Shown: in pieces, positions 1 through 9,630 of the stretch
Layout of the letters: the number at the start of each line of letters is the position of its first letter
Numbering within the stretch: position 1 is the first letter of the stretch
DNA from: a virus
Virus record (IMG/VR): IMGVR_UViG_3300025728_000008
Coordinates: 64,001-128,000 of that record
DNA length: 64,000 bases
Direction: 5' to 3' (one strand)
Notes under the pieces: model-generated
Seen by the model: the letters and a program-made list of their open reading frames with translations, nothing else
The model's database searches: none
What the model was told of the DNA's origin: nothing
Translations under genes and position numbers: made by a program

Positions 1-494
1 AATACTACTGACATTAAATCAATTTCTTCTTCTAATTTGTTATTGCAAGCATATGCATATGAAACTTCTCCGTTTAATACTTGACGTACTACACGTACAT
101 TGAAATCAATCTGTGGCTTGTTGCCTTTTAAGATATGAATATTTTCAAAGAAATCTACATGACCCTCAAATTCTCCAAGGTCTTTTGGATAGAATGCTGT
201 TCCTGTTTTAACACGTTCAAGTTTTTTATTTAATTCATGGAAGACTAATGTTCCATCTTCTAATAATTCAATCTCGTAATCTAATCCGTTTTTACCTGCA
301 AATACATCTCCATTGTATACTGGCGTTTCGTCTAACTCTCCTAAATAATGCAAAGGTACTGCTTCATCGAATGTAACTGTAACATGTGTTTCTTCTTCTG
401 TTTCAATCGTGTATGTCTTTTTTAGTAAACTTAATTCTACGATATTACCAACTGTATTTTGTTCTTTACTATAAATTAAAATGTCATTAAACAT
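1..494 (-). CDS. YopX-like phage protein (runs off the left edge of the window)
   Basis: Read by eye: ATG at 494, RBS GAGGA, MFNDILIYSKEQNTVGNIVELSLL...LGELDETPVYNGDVF, resembling the YopX 'G..IYEGDI' motif; open to position 1. Confidence 0.55.
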   Translation of the reverse strand, partial: MFNDILIYSKEQNTVGNIVELSLLKKTYTIETEEETHVTVTFDEAVPLHYLGELDETPVYNGDVFAGKNGLDYEIELLEDGTLVFHELNKKLERVKTGTAFYPKDLGEFEGHVDFFENIHILKGNKPQIDFNVRVVRQVLNGEVSYAYACNNKLEEEIDLMSVV

Positions 495-543
495 ATAATC
501 ATCCTCGTTTCATTTTGTATTTGTGTTGCTAACTTATAATATT

Positions 544-572
544 ATTATATCATTATATTTAGCGTTTGTCAA
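544..572 (-). promoter_or_regulatory. sigmaA promoter with extended -10
   Basis: Minus strand: TTGACA-aacgctaaatataatga(17)-TATAAT. Confidence 0.85.
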
Positions 573-620
573 CAATATATGTTACATTATTTAAAATTAT
601 TTTTAGTAGGTTGAAATTAA

Positions 621-2954
621 TCAACCCACTAATTGTTCTGGATATTCTGTTACAAGATTATCAAGTAGTCCATCCCAATCTGGATTACCATCATAAGCTT
701 TAAGCATTTCTTGTAAGAAACTTCTACGTTCCATATTTGCAAATTTCCCGATACCATAATTTACTGCTTCTGCTTGACCTAATGTTAATAGGAATTTTTG
801 AGCACGTGACTTGCCTGTGTAGATTAGGTTTGCATTTAATTGATATTTCATAGACTTGTCAATTACAACAATTACTACTTTATATTGAGACCCCTGTGAC
901 TTATGGATAGTCATAGCCCACGAATGGATTAATGTTGACTTAGCATCTTCAAATTTCAATTTAACTACGATACCTTCAAAGTCTACAATGATATATTTAT
1001 CTTTCTCATTGATAGTTGTAATCTTTCCTGTGTCACCATTAAATACATCTGCTGTACCTTCACCTGTATCTTCTTTATCTAAATCTCCATTAAGGATATC
1101 ATCTAGTGTTAGTTTGTCATCGAATAAGTCATTTACTACAGGTACTTTGTACATATTAACAGTGTTCATAACTGAATCACCTACACGGAAAATTGTTTCA
1201 TCATCTTCTCTACCAAACACAAGTTCGTCTTTCAATGGAGACTCTGGATTAATAATCTCTTGAATTGCTTCATTGATTGCATGAGTTCCAAGTTTTCCTT
1301 TTTTAGTAGGAGATAAAACAATAACATCTTCTGGGTCAAATCGTTTAATAACATTTTTATAATGATGCAGGATTCCATCAAATACATAATCTTGGTCTAC
1401 TAAATGATACACACAATCAGTACCATAAACTTTACGTCCTTCAAGATTATTGTCAAAGAATTTTCTACCATGACGAATATCTGTTGTTCTATCTAGAATG
1501 CCACCATTTTTTTGACGGAATACTTTTTTAAGTTTAGAAACTTTAACACAACCACTATTGATTGCATCATATAAGAAATTCCCTACTCCAACGGATGGTA
1601 ACTGGAAATCATCTCCAACAAATAAGATACGAGTGTTATAGTTTGAGATTGCACCGAAAAGTTTAGCAAGGATGAAAATGTCACACATTGAAGACTCATC
1701 TATAATAATAACATCTTCTTGGATAAAGAAACTTGCATCTCCATCATCATCAAATGAGCCAATCTTTCTATGAATAGTACTAGCTTCTCTTCCAGTATAG
1801 CCTGTCATTACTTTTGATGCCTTTCCAGTTGGCGCAAGTAAAGCAGTTTTATAGTGTAGAGTGTCAATAAGTTCAAGTAGGATTCGTTGAAGCCAGCTTT
1901 TTCCCATGCCCCCTCCGCCAATTAATAACAGTAGGTTGTTCTCATTCCAATCATGGAAAAACTGTCTCTGATTCTCTTCTAGTTCTACTTCTTCTCTTTC
2001 ACAATAGTTATCTAGAAATGCTTCTAGTTCGTCTGTTTTGAATAACTTCTTTGACTGTGTTTTAAATTGGTTCATTTTCATTGCAACAAATTTTTCAGCT
2101 TTATAAACTTTCATAGTTGTATATCTGTCATCTACTCGTACAATGGATTCAGATGGTTCTGCTAGACGTTTTACAATAACCTTTTTAGAGATGTTTAAAA
2201 GCTCAACTGACTTGTTTAAAAGTTGTTTGCGTGTAATCCAAGAATGACCGTTACTATTCTCTCCACCAATAATAAATGCGAAACACGCATCTAGTCGAGG
2301 GTTTGCTTCCATGTCATATCCCATTGCTTTTGCAATAGCATCACATGTTTTGAATCCAACACCTTTAACCTTTGTTAATACATAAGGATTTTTTTCAATC
2401 GTTTCCATTACAAGTTGTGGATTCTTAAATTCTTTAATTAATTTATTTACCATATTATACTTGATGCCATGTTTTCCTAAGAAGACTAATAATTCGCTCA
2501 TTTCTAAATTCATTAAAACTTTTTCTTTCATCTTTTCAAATGTCTTATCTCCAAGACCTTTAACAATACTGTAATCAAATTCATCATTCTGAATCATGCC
2601 AATAACATCTTGCCCTTCATAAACAGCAAAGATGTTTTCTACTTGTGTTTCTGTAAGTATCATTTTGAAGAAGTTTTTTTGTTCATCAACTGATGTTGGT
2701 TTTTCTTGTTTAATGCTTTCTAATATGTATGACCCTGCGTATGTAGATTTATCATCTGGTTTAATTGTAACAGAATATTCTGTTCCTAAATCTAAGTTTG
2801 GTGCGATTCCTTTAAAGCTAATGTTTCCGTAGTTGTTTAATTTAACCTTATCAATATCTTCTGGATTAACATCACAAGCATAAATTCCAAAAGAGCTTTC
2901 TGAATCAAAAAACAATTGTCGTGTAGGTTTTACTTTCACTTCAACTTTTTCCAC
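621..2954 (-). CDS. recD2: RecD2/TraA-family SF1B DNA helicase
   Basis: 777 aa; HhH motifs (VKGLGDKT, VKGVGFKTCD), Walker A GGGGMGKS, LAPTGKAS, IIDESSM, VGDDFQLPSVG, AMTIHKSQGSQY. Confidence 0.93.
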   Translation of the reverse strand: MEKVEVKVKPTRQLFFDSESSFGIYACDVNPEDIDKVKLNNYGNISFKGIAPNLDLGTEYSVTIKPDDKSTYAGSYILESIKQEKPTSVDEQKNFFKMILTETQVENIFAVYEGQDVIGMIQNDEFDYSIVKGLGDKTFEKMKEKVLMNLEMSELLVFLGKHGIKYNMVNKLIKEFKNPQLVMETIEKNPYVLTKVKGVGFKTCDAIAKAMGYDMEANPRLDACFAFIIGGENSNGHSWITRKQLLNKSVELLNISKKVIVKRLAEPSESIVRVDDRYTTMKVYKAEKFVAMKMNQFKTQSKKLFKTDELEAFLDNYCEREEVELEENQRQFFHDWNENNLLLLIGGGGMGKSWLQRILLELIDTLHYKTALLAPTGKASKVMTGYTGREASTIHRKIGSFDDDGDASFFIQEDVIIIDESSMCDIFILAKLFGAISNYNTRILFVGDDFQLPSVGVGNFLYDAINSGCVKVSKLKKVFRQKNGGILDRTTDIRHGRKFFDNNLEGRKVYGTDCVYHLVDQDYVFDGILHHYKNVIKRFDPEDVIVLSPTKKGKLGTHAINEAIQEIINPESPLKDELVFGREDDETIFRVGDSVMNTVNMYKVPVVNDLFDDKLTLDDILNGDLDKEDTGEGTADVFNGDTGKITTINEKDKYIIVDFEGIVVKLKFEDAKSTLIHSWAMTIHKSQGSQYKVVIVVIDKSMKYQLNANLIYTGKSRAQKFLLTLGQAEAVNYGIGKFANMERRSFLQEMLKAYDGNPDWDGLLDNLVTEYPEQLVG

Positions 2955-2989
2955 GTTATCCTCTCCTTTACTTTCATTATCATAATATT

Positions 2990-3018
2990 ATTATATCATT
3001 ATTCTTTATTATTGTCAA
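2990..3018 (-). promoter_or_regulatory. sigmaA promoter for recD2
   Basis: TTGACA-ataataaagaataatga(17)-TATAAT. Confidence 0.85.
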
Positions 3019-3060
3019 GAAAATCTACTGTATACAAACCGTAAATTTCGGTACTAAATT

Positions 3061-3089
3061 AGTATATCATTATTTTTTACGTTGGTCAA
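3061..3089 (-). promoter_or_regulatory. Second (tandem) sigmaA promoter for recD2
   Basis: TTGACC-aacgtaaaaaataatga(17)-TATACT. Confidence 0.7.
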
Positions 3090-3164
3090 TAACTTTTTAA
3101 AATTTTTAGTATCAAAAGAAACTTTTAAACATATTGTGAAGTATAGGCAAAAGCACAAACAAAT

Positions 3165-4013
3165 TTGAAAGGGGTTTTAAATATGATACAAAGTGGAGTA
3201 ATCGCAATTGATGACGGTGGAAGCAGTACTTGTATTGTAACAAAGCATGTGCAAGAAAAGTTTCCTAGTGTTAAAGGGTTATATGGAGACAGAACATTAG
3301 TGAACACAACTGGTAAGCATGACTTTGTTGTAGAGTATAAAGATAAGAAGTATGTAATGGGAACACTTGCAAAATACGATTGTAAGTATCCATTACAAAT
3401 GCACATCAACACAAAATGTCATATCTTCTTTGACTTATCAGTATTGGTTGCGATTCACAAATATGGATACCCTGTAAACTACCTCATAACTTCTGTACCG
3501 ATTAGTACTCATACAGATGAAGAAAAGACACAACGGATGCATCGACTAGCAGGGGAACACACAATTACAGTTAATGGATATAAAAAGACTTTTACAATAA
3601 TGGATGTAAAGGTTGCACCAGAGACAGCAGTTGCTTATTGGTTAAATGAGCCACATGGCAAAACAAGATTCATTGATTTGGGAAGCAGAACAATTGGATA
3701 CGCTACAACAATCTTTGAAGATGGGATTAACAGATTCATTGATACAGAGAGTGGAACAATTAAAGATAAAGGATTAGAAGCATTAGGTGATGACTATGAC
3801 CAAGAATCATTAGCCGATTATATTTGTGGTAAGTTATCTGCAATATGGAAAGAGAATGATAAAGTATTCATTTTGGGTGGTGGCGCTCATGATGGTCAGT
3901 TAGTTGATAATATTAGAAGATACTTTCCAAAAGCAAGTGTAATGGATGACCCACAAATGGTTAATGCATTATCAATGTATCAGCTTGGTAGATTAGCTTT
4001 TGACATGGAATAG
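3165..4013 (+). CDS. parM: ParM/StbA-family actin-like segregation ATPase (true start probably ATG 3183)
   Basis: Actin-fold motifs IAIDDGGSST, VAPET, FIDLGSRT, ILGGGA; RBS AAGGGG before 3183. Confidence 0.85.
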   Translation: MKGVLNMIQSGVIAIDDGGSSTCIVTKHVQEKFPSVKGLYGDRTLVNTTGKHDFVVEYKDKKYVMGTLAKYDCKYPLQMHINTKCHIFFDLSVLVAIHKYGYPVNYLITSVPISTHTDEEKTQRMHRLAGEHTITVNGYKKTFTIMDVKVAPETAVAYWLNEPHGKTRFIDLGSRTIGYATTIFEDGINRFIDTESGTIKDKGLEALGDDYDQESLADYICGKLSAIWKENDKVFILGGGAHDGQLVDNIRRYFPKASVMDDPQMVNALSMYQLGRLAFDME

Positions 4014-4024
4014 GAGGGGATAAT

Positions 4025-4309
4025 ATGAGAACAGAAGAACAAGTAGATGCTATGATTGAAGAAATGACTGCAAGAACTAAGGGCAAGTATATTACTCAAG
4101 GTGTTTCATTTAACAAAACTTGCCCTCGCCAGATGGCGTTACTAAAAAAAGCTCTTATGTTATCAGTCTCCTTTAGTGGTTTAGCAAAAGAAGTATTGGC
4201 ATTACGATTTAGTGACTCTACTCCATCATATTCCCATAATACAAGTAATATGTCCACAAATCAAATCAATAAAGCACCCCAATCAAAAAGTGTTGGAAAT
4301 TTCTTATAA
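4025..4309 (+). CDS. Putative ParR-like adaptor / small DNA-binding protein
   Basis: 94 aa directly after parM with RBS GGAGGG; beta-strand then helices (GVSFN...QMALLKKAL...FSGLAKEVL), RHH-like; disordered C-terminal tail. Confidence 0.6.
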   Translation: MRTEEQVDAMIEEMTARTKGKYITQGVSFNKTCPRQMALLKKALMLSVSFSGLAKEVLALRFSDSTPSYSHNTSNMSTNQINKAPQSKSVGNFL

Positions 4310-4375
4310 TTTAAAGGAACTTTTAAAGAGTGTAGGCATATATATGATATTAAGAGAAATGTTTAAAAGAAATTT

Positions 4376-4432
4376 AAAAAATACGAAAAAACAGCAAAAA
4401 AGTAGTAAAAAACGTGAAAAAATCATAAAAAA
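4376..4432. repeat. Six phased A6 tracts (intrinsically bent DNA)
   Basis: AAAAAA starting at 4376, 4386, 4396, 4407, 4417 and 4427. Confidence 0.9.
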
Positions 4433-4439
4433 CTACAGT

Positions 4440-4563
4440 TTTTGTCCAAAAAGTATGATTTTTTTAAAATTTGAAGTACTAAATGAGTGTCTTAATTGTA
4501 ATTTAGTACTTTTTGGACGAAAATGACACCAGTATTATCAAGGGGTTTGGGATTTCGTCAAAA
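4440..4563. repeat. Nested inverted repeats / iterated sites
   Basis: GTCCAAAAAGTA (4444-4455) with TACTTTTTGGAC (4507-4518); AAGTACTAAAT (4474-4484) with ATTTAGTACTT (4501-4511); third related copy TTTCGTCAAAA at 4553. Confidence 0.8.
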
Positions 4564-4622
4564 TACCTACTTTATATATTAAACGAATTATCCCGAAACC
4601 GAAACCATGCGGAGGTGGATTT

Positions 4623-5087
4623 ATGAAGTTTAAATTAGTTGAAGGTCAAATGAGTTGGGTTAAAGAGGATGCAGTATCACAAATGAATGAACTATTACCA
4701 CTAACTTCTACATCATTAGTTGTAGATATCCCTCAGATTAAGGAATCAATCCACAGATATGTAAGAGAAGGTCTTGGAGATGGAAGGTTTGCAACTGTAG
4801 CCATAGGTGGAACTGGTGTTTTCTGGAAAGCATTTCTTATGTACATTTTCCCGTGGTTTTGCGATATAGCAAAAGTATTTTGCTTAATCAAAATAGCTCA
4901 AGCATTCTATGAAGAAAAGAGAGCAGGTAAAGATGGGTCAAGTGGAATGGGTGCAATCTTCACATATGGAAAATTCTACATCATGTTTTTAATGCTTCCT
5001 TGGTTTGTTGAACTAATTGACCAAATTGGAGGAACTATGTATGACCAAGTAAAAGCTAATCCAACTTTAACATTACCAAAAAGATAA
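4623..5087 (+). CDS. Membrane protein (possible VirB2/pilin-like or channel subunit)
   Basis: 154 aa; RBS GGAGG; hydrophobic helices (VFWKAFLMYIFPWF...; FYIMFLMLPWFVELI). Confidence 0.6.
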   Translation: MKFKLVEGQMSWVKEDAVSQMNELLPLTSTSLVVDIPQIKESIHRYVREGLGDGRFATVAIGGTGVFWKAFLMYIFPWFCDIAKVFCLIKIAQAFYEEKRAGKDGSSGMGAIFTYGKFYIMFLMLPWFVELIDQIGGTMYDQVKANPTLTLPKR

Positions 5088-5099
5088 AGGAGTGATGTC

Positions 5100-5825
5100 A
5101 TGAGAGTAAAATTAAATGGTAATGACTTCTTCCAAGTATCTAGTCCGTTTGGCTCTATAGATTCCGTCCATAAAACTCCACATTCTGGAATAGACTTGGT
5201 TATGGAAGAAGGTACAAAATTATACAGCCCTGTCGATGGTATTGTCGAAAGGGTTGTAGATTATGGAAATCAAAATATTGGTAAAGGAGTCATAATAAAA
5301 ACTAATACAGGAGAAACTATAATTATGGGGCATATGTCTGATACTTCAACAGCAGAAGTAGGAGAAGAGTTGAGTCGAGGTGAATTTGTAGGCTTATCTG
5401 GAAATACGGGACATAGTACTGGAGCACACCTTCATTTAGGAATGAAAGATGCAAATGGAAATGTCATAAATCCAGAAGGACTTCTGAATGATAATTATAA
5501 GAAGCTTCTCAGTAGCACTGAATCCCTTAACCCAATAGAAGATAAAGGTATGCTCCAATTTTTAAACGATTGGAGGAAAGAAGGATTCTTTAAAGCTGTA
5601 TATGGTAAAGATTTCTTCGAGGTAATGAAGGATGCATTTATAGAATTTTTTAGAGACTTGACTCAGTTTGTAGTAGACAATGCAGATTTATTTTTCTTAA
5701 TCCCTGCAATAATTTTAATGTTTGGAACATTCTTAATAGGGAGAAATAAATATTCAAAATTCATAGTCCCGTTATGGTTTGGGTACTTTGTTTCAAGTAT
5801 TGTGCATAACTTATATATGAAATGA
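5100..5825 (+). CDS. M23 (LytM) metallopeptidase with C-terminal membrane anchor
   Basis: HSGIDL (HxxxD) and GNTGHSTGAHLH (HxH); two hydrophobic segments at the C-terminus. Confidence 0.9.
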   Translation: MRVKLNGNDFFQVSSPFGSIDSVHKTPHSGIDLVMEEGTKLYSPVDGIVERVVDYGNQNIGKGVIIKTNTGETIIMGHMSDTSTAEVGEELSRGEFVGLSGNTGHSTGAHLHLGMKDANGNVINPEGLLNDNYKKLLSSTESLNPIEDKGMLQFLNDWRKEGFFKAVYGKDFFEVMKDAFIEFFRDLTQFVVDNADLFFLIPAIILMFGTFLIGRNKYSKFIVPLWFGYFVSSIVHNLYMK

Positions 5826-5853
5826 TAAAAAAAAACAAAGGGAGAGATGTTAT

Positions 5854-6006
5854 ATGGAATATATTTTATTAGCAAAAGTTGGTTTCTTTGTAAAGGCTAT
5901 CGTGAACACGGGGTATGTAATTGCAACTAGCTACTTGGCAAAAACTGGATGGCAATATGTAGAGGACTATAAAACTTCTGTTGAGAATGAGAAAGAGGTG
6001 AAGTAA
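5854..6006 (+). CDS. 50-aa small membrane protein (absent from the ORF track)
   Basis: RBS GGGAG; MEYILLAKVGFFVKAIVNTGYVIATSYLAKTGWQYVEDYKTSVENEKEVK*; the stop abuts the next ATG. Confidence 0.7.
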   Translation: MEYILLAKVGFFVKAIVNTGYVIATSYLAKTGWQYVEDYKTSVENEKEVK

Positions 6007-8802
6007 ATGATTGAATATCCACCTATGGTTATACCTCAAAAGAAAAAGAAAACTTTTAACATTAAAGAATTTGTCAATTTATATAGAGAACCTGTTATCA
6101 CTTATCAAATAACACCAAACAATGCACCAGAAGTTATAGAAAGAGAAGGTCGTGGAAGTAGAAGAAGCACTCCTAGATTCATGGACTTTGAAGAAGATAT
6201 CTTTAACAACAAACAACAATCTGATTTACTCTTAAATACAATCAGTGGTTTATTCTCGAAATTCTATGCACCAGAAAGAATACGATTTTCAAAGAATGGT
6301 ATTAAAGTTAAAATGAATGACATTGTAAGTTACAAGGTTATGCTAGTAGATGGAGCAATGAAATTTTATCTGACTGTCCCTAAGAAGTGGGCTAAAAGCT
6401 TCACTGGAGCTATTAAGAGAGATTGGGGTCAAGTGGATATTACAGAGGTTTCTGAAAGAATCGTAGACTTTAATCCGTCAAGGACTAAAGCAATGGATGT
6501 GCATTTAAGACACCATTATGCATTAGCCTTGAAACATGACAAGACACAAAACGATTCTTTCTATTCTTCATTAGCTTCAATTGCTTCAACAATGGATAAA
6601 GGTGAGAAAGTTTTAATTGACTATAACATCGAACCAGTCAACAACAGTTGGAAAGAAAAGGCTGTAAATAAAATTAAAGAATTTAAGAAAGGTAAAGTCC
6701 CAAACAGAGAAGATTCTTTTACAGCAAATGGAATGGCAGGGAAAGTATTCGATATGTTTAATGTCATATTTGATGAATTTATAGACATGATAGAAACGCT
6801 TATGGGAGCAGATAGTAAAAAGGATGACAAAGCTGAACCTTTATTTGACCTAAAATATACTGACCCGAAATTACATGCAAACGCAAAAGGATGTAAAATA
6901 CAGATTAGGGTGTTGGGTGAAGGACAAGAAGAAAAGAAAATGAAGCATATCTTTAAAAATATTGAGACATCTTTTACTCTTCTGAATGGAGATAATAAAT
7001 TTGTTGTGAGTCATATAAAAACAAAGCGTGGCATAAAATCAATTATAAAGGCAGTTGAAGAAGATAAGCCACAATTAGCAAAAACAACTGACATATACTT
7101 TGAGAAGGAGATGAATAATATTTTGAAAATTCCAAGTAAACAAACACTTAAAGAGTTTGATAAGGTCATCACACAGGACAATTTCACTCGAACAGAAATA
7201 AGTGCAGACTTCTTTTCAGATAAAGATGGTGCTATTCCATTAGGATTCACTTTGGAGAAAGAGTCTAGAAAAATTTACTTTGGAGGATACAAAAGAGATT
7301 GGTGGACACCTAAAGGGAGATATGTAAAAGATAAGACACGCTTAGATGACCGTAGCACTGCCACCATGCTCTTTGGCTCTATGGGGAGTGGTAAGACTAC
7401 CATGAGTGAAACACAAGCTCTATACACCTTTGGAGCGCATTTAAAGGATAGGGTAGAATGGAAGAAGCAAAGTAAGTCTGTTGTAGTATTTGATGTAGCA
7501 GATGGAGCAATGATAAATAACATTTATAACCATATTCCAGACTGGTTAAGAGACAGGGTTGTAGTTTTGAATCATAGTAACTTTAAAACACCTATTGCAG
7601 TAAACAATGCAGACCTTCAAGAATACAATGAAGATATAATGCAAGATGAGGATTATGCTTACACATTAGCAGAGATGGAAGCCAAGTTAGTTTTAGAGAT
7701 TTTAAAGTCAGATAAGACGATGGCAATGGACAGATGGTTTACTTCTGCACTGCAAGCAGTACACACTGTTGATAAGGATTATGGATATATTGAAGCCATG
7801 AGAACATTAATTGATGATGATTTTAGAGCTACAGAAATAATTCCTTTCCTATCTGACAGACGTTTGAAATTGGAAATGCAAACATATAACAATATGGCTT
7901 TGGCAGGTGAGACACTTAAAATAATTCAAACTATTGAAAATAGATTTTCGCAGTTGGAACGTGACCAAAAATTATGGGACTGCATCGCACAAAAGCCTTT
8001 ACGAGATGAAGAAGGTAAAGTAAAGTTAAATTTCCGTAGAATGATGGATGGAGATGAAGATGGAGCATATATGATTCTCGTATACATTCCAAAATCTGGA
8101 GTATCACAATTATACAGAAAATTCTTATTTGCACATTACTTTACAAAAATATGGAACGTTGCATTGTCAAGAGAAGTTGGGTTTGCAGGTCGAGAATACA
8201 GACCAGAAACATTAGTTGTCATAGATGAAATACACCAGATAATAGACATACCATTGATTGGACGATTATTTATAGACTTGTTTAAAGAACCACGTAAATA
8301 CTCTCTACGACTTTGGTTAACATTACATGGATGGTCATCATTAGCAAAAGCAGGTCGAGGAATTGAAGGTGACATTAAACAATCTATTATGGATAATGGA
8401 TGTAACCTTGTAATGTTAAAAGGTGGTGGAGAAGCATTTGAAAGTCTAAGAGACTTCTTGAATCCAATGACAATTGCAGACTTTAACAATCTGATGAATA
8501 TGAAATTCTGTGGCATATTTGCAATCCGTTGGAAAGACAAGAACCATGTATTTCAAGCCAAGTTAGGATTACCATTAGGAATGAATCCAGACTTCCAGAG
8601 ATATAGTGAAGTTGATTCTAATTTCTTAACAGCTTATAAGTCTGAATTTGGTCGAGACAAAGATGAAGTACGTGAAGACAATCTGGATAGAAGTTATCAG
8701 ATGATTGAACAGTCGATTCAAAGTGGTTTCTTGGAAGGAGATGATTCAGAGTGGCAAAGTCTAGAAGGACTTGGTATGGCAGAGAAGAAATCCAAAAAGT
8801 GA
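6007..8802 (+). CDS. VirD4/TraG/VirB4-like (FtsK-HerA superfamily) DNA-transfer ATPase
   Basis: 931 aa; Walker A GSMGSGKT, VVVFD, Walker B LVVIDEIHQ, PRKYSL arginine motif. Confidence 0.8.
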   Translation: MIEYPPMVIPQKKKKTFNIKEFVNLYREPVITYQITPNNAPEVIEREGRGSRRSTPRFMDFEEDIFNNKQQSDLLLNTISGLFSKFYAPERIRFSKNGIKVKMNDIVSYKVMLVDGAMKFYLTVPKKWAKSFTGAIKRDWGQVDITEVSERIVDFNPSRTKAMDVHLRHHYALALKHDKTQNDSFYSSLASIASTMDKGEKVLIDYNIEPVNNSWKEKAVNKIKEFKKGKVPNREDSFTANGMAGKVFDMFNVIFDEFIDMIETLMGADSKKDDKAEPLFDLKYTDPKLHANAKGCKIQIRVLGEGQEEKKMKHIFKNIETSFTLLNGDNKFVVSHIKTKRGIKSIIKAVEEDKPQLAKTTDIYFEKEMNNILKIPSKQTLKEFDKVITQDNFTRTEISADFFSDKDGAIPLGFTLEKESRKIYFGGYKRDWWTPKGRYVKDKTRLDDRSTATMLFGSMGSGKTTMSETQALYTFGAHLKDRVEWKKQSKSVVVFDVADGAMINNIYNHIPDWLRDRVVVLNHSNFKTPIAVNNADLQEYNEDIMQDEDYAYTLAEMEAKLVLEILKSDKTMAMDRWFTSALQAVHTVDKDYGYIEAMRTLIDDDFRATEIIPFLSDRRLKLEMQTYNNMALAGETLKIIQTIENRFSQLERDQKLWDCIAQKPLRDEEGKVKLNFRRMMDGDEDGAYMILVYIPKSGVSQLYRKFLFAHYFTKIWNVALSREVGFAGREYRPETLVVIDEIHQIIDIPLIGRLFIDLFKEPRKYSLRLWLTLHGWSSLAKAGRGIEGDIKQSIMDNGCNLVMLKGGGEAFESLRDFLNPMTIADFNNLMNMKFCGIFAIRWKDKNHVFQAKLGLPLGMNPDFQRYSEVDSNFLTAYKSEFGRDKDEVREDNLDRSYQMIEQSIQSGFLEGDDSEWQSLEGLGMAEKKSKK

Positions 8803-9617
8803 CCTATGACTTTATTCAGTCAAATGTTAAACCAACAATCAAAGATTTGGAGTTGTTGAAGATTGTGAGTGAACGAAAATTGGTTAACAGGTCACATTTG
8901 GAAATCATTACACCTTCATTTAGACACTTAACTAACAACAGAACAAGGCTCATTAATCGAACTATTAGGAAGTTATTTGATTCAATGTGTTTAGATAAGG
9001 TGCATGAGAAACAAGAATTAGGAAAAGGGAATGCCCCTGCTATCCTCGCTCTAGACAGGGGTGGCTCAATCCTTCTTGATATTCCTCATAGACGTAGGAT
9101 ACCACAGCAAAAGATGCTTGTCAATGGGAAGATTGAAATAAGAAGACATGTACCTTCAACATATCGTCATGCTAATGGAGTTAACCAAGTTGAAGTTGAT
9201 ACAATATTGTTTTGTCAAGAAAATGGCTATGAATTTGAATTGTGGGAGCATGAGAAACATGCTTCCTTCACATACAACAATGAGGACATACTAGTTATTC
9301 CAGATGTTTTCTATAGATTGAAAATAAATGAAAAGTCTATAGATTTCTTTTTGGAATTTGACACTGGAACAGAAGACAGATTGAGCAAGAGGAAATTACC
9401 TGTAATTTATAATAAAATCATCAACTATAAAAAATATAAAAGGTCTGGCTTGTGGACTTCACATTCAGAAACTTTCCCAATTATATTATTAGTAACAGAA
9501 GATTCTAAACGTATTCCATATTTTAATGCAAAATGCAAAGAAAATGGGATACAAGGGTTTGGAGTTTATCATGAGAATTATACTAAGTTTATGGAGCATC
9601 TTGCCAAAATGGTTTAG
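8751..9617 (+). CDS. Replication-relaxation (Replic_Relax) family protein
   Basis: N-terminal wHTH; H..GVN, IPDVF, FFLEFDTGTE, KIINYKKY PD-(D/E)xK-type signature; overlaps the ATPase gene. Confidence 0.85.
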   Translation: MAKSRRTWYGREEIQKVTYDFIQSNVKPTIKDLELLKIVSERKLVNRSHLEIITPSFRHLTNNRTRLINRTIRKLFDSMCLDKVHEKQELGKGNAPAILALDRGGSILLDIPHRRRIPQQKMLVNGKIEIRRHVPSTYRHANGVNQVEVDTILFCQENGYEFELWEHEKHASFTYNNEDILVIPDVFYRLKINEKSIDFFLEFDTGTEDRLSKRKLPVIYNKIINYKKYKRSGLWTSHSETFPIILLVTEDSKRIPYFNAKCKENGIQGFGVYHENYTKFMEHLAKMV

Positions 9618-9630
9618 ATGCTCTTATTTT
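9594..9630 (+). terminator. Intrinsic terminator of the transfer module
   Basis: GAGCATCT...AGATGCTC followed by TTATTTT. Confidence 0.6.

Noticed and set aside
4212-4526. 104-aa plus-strand ORF
   Set aside because: It overlaps the adaptor gene, lacks an RBS, and its Lys-rich sequence is simply the translated A-tract array.
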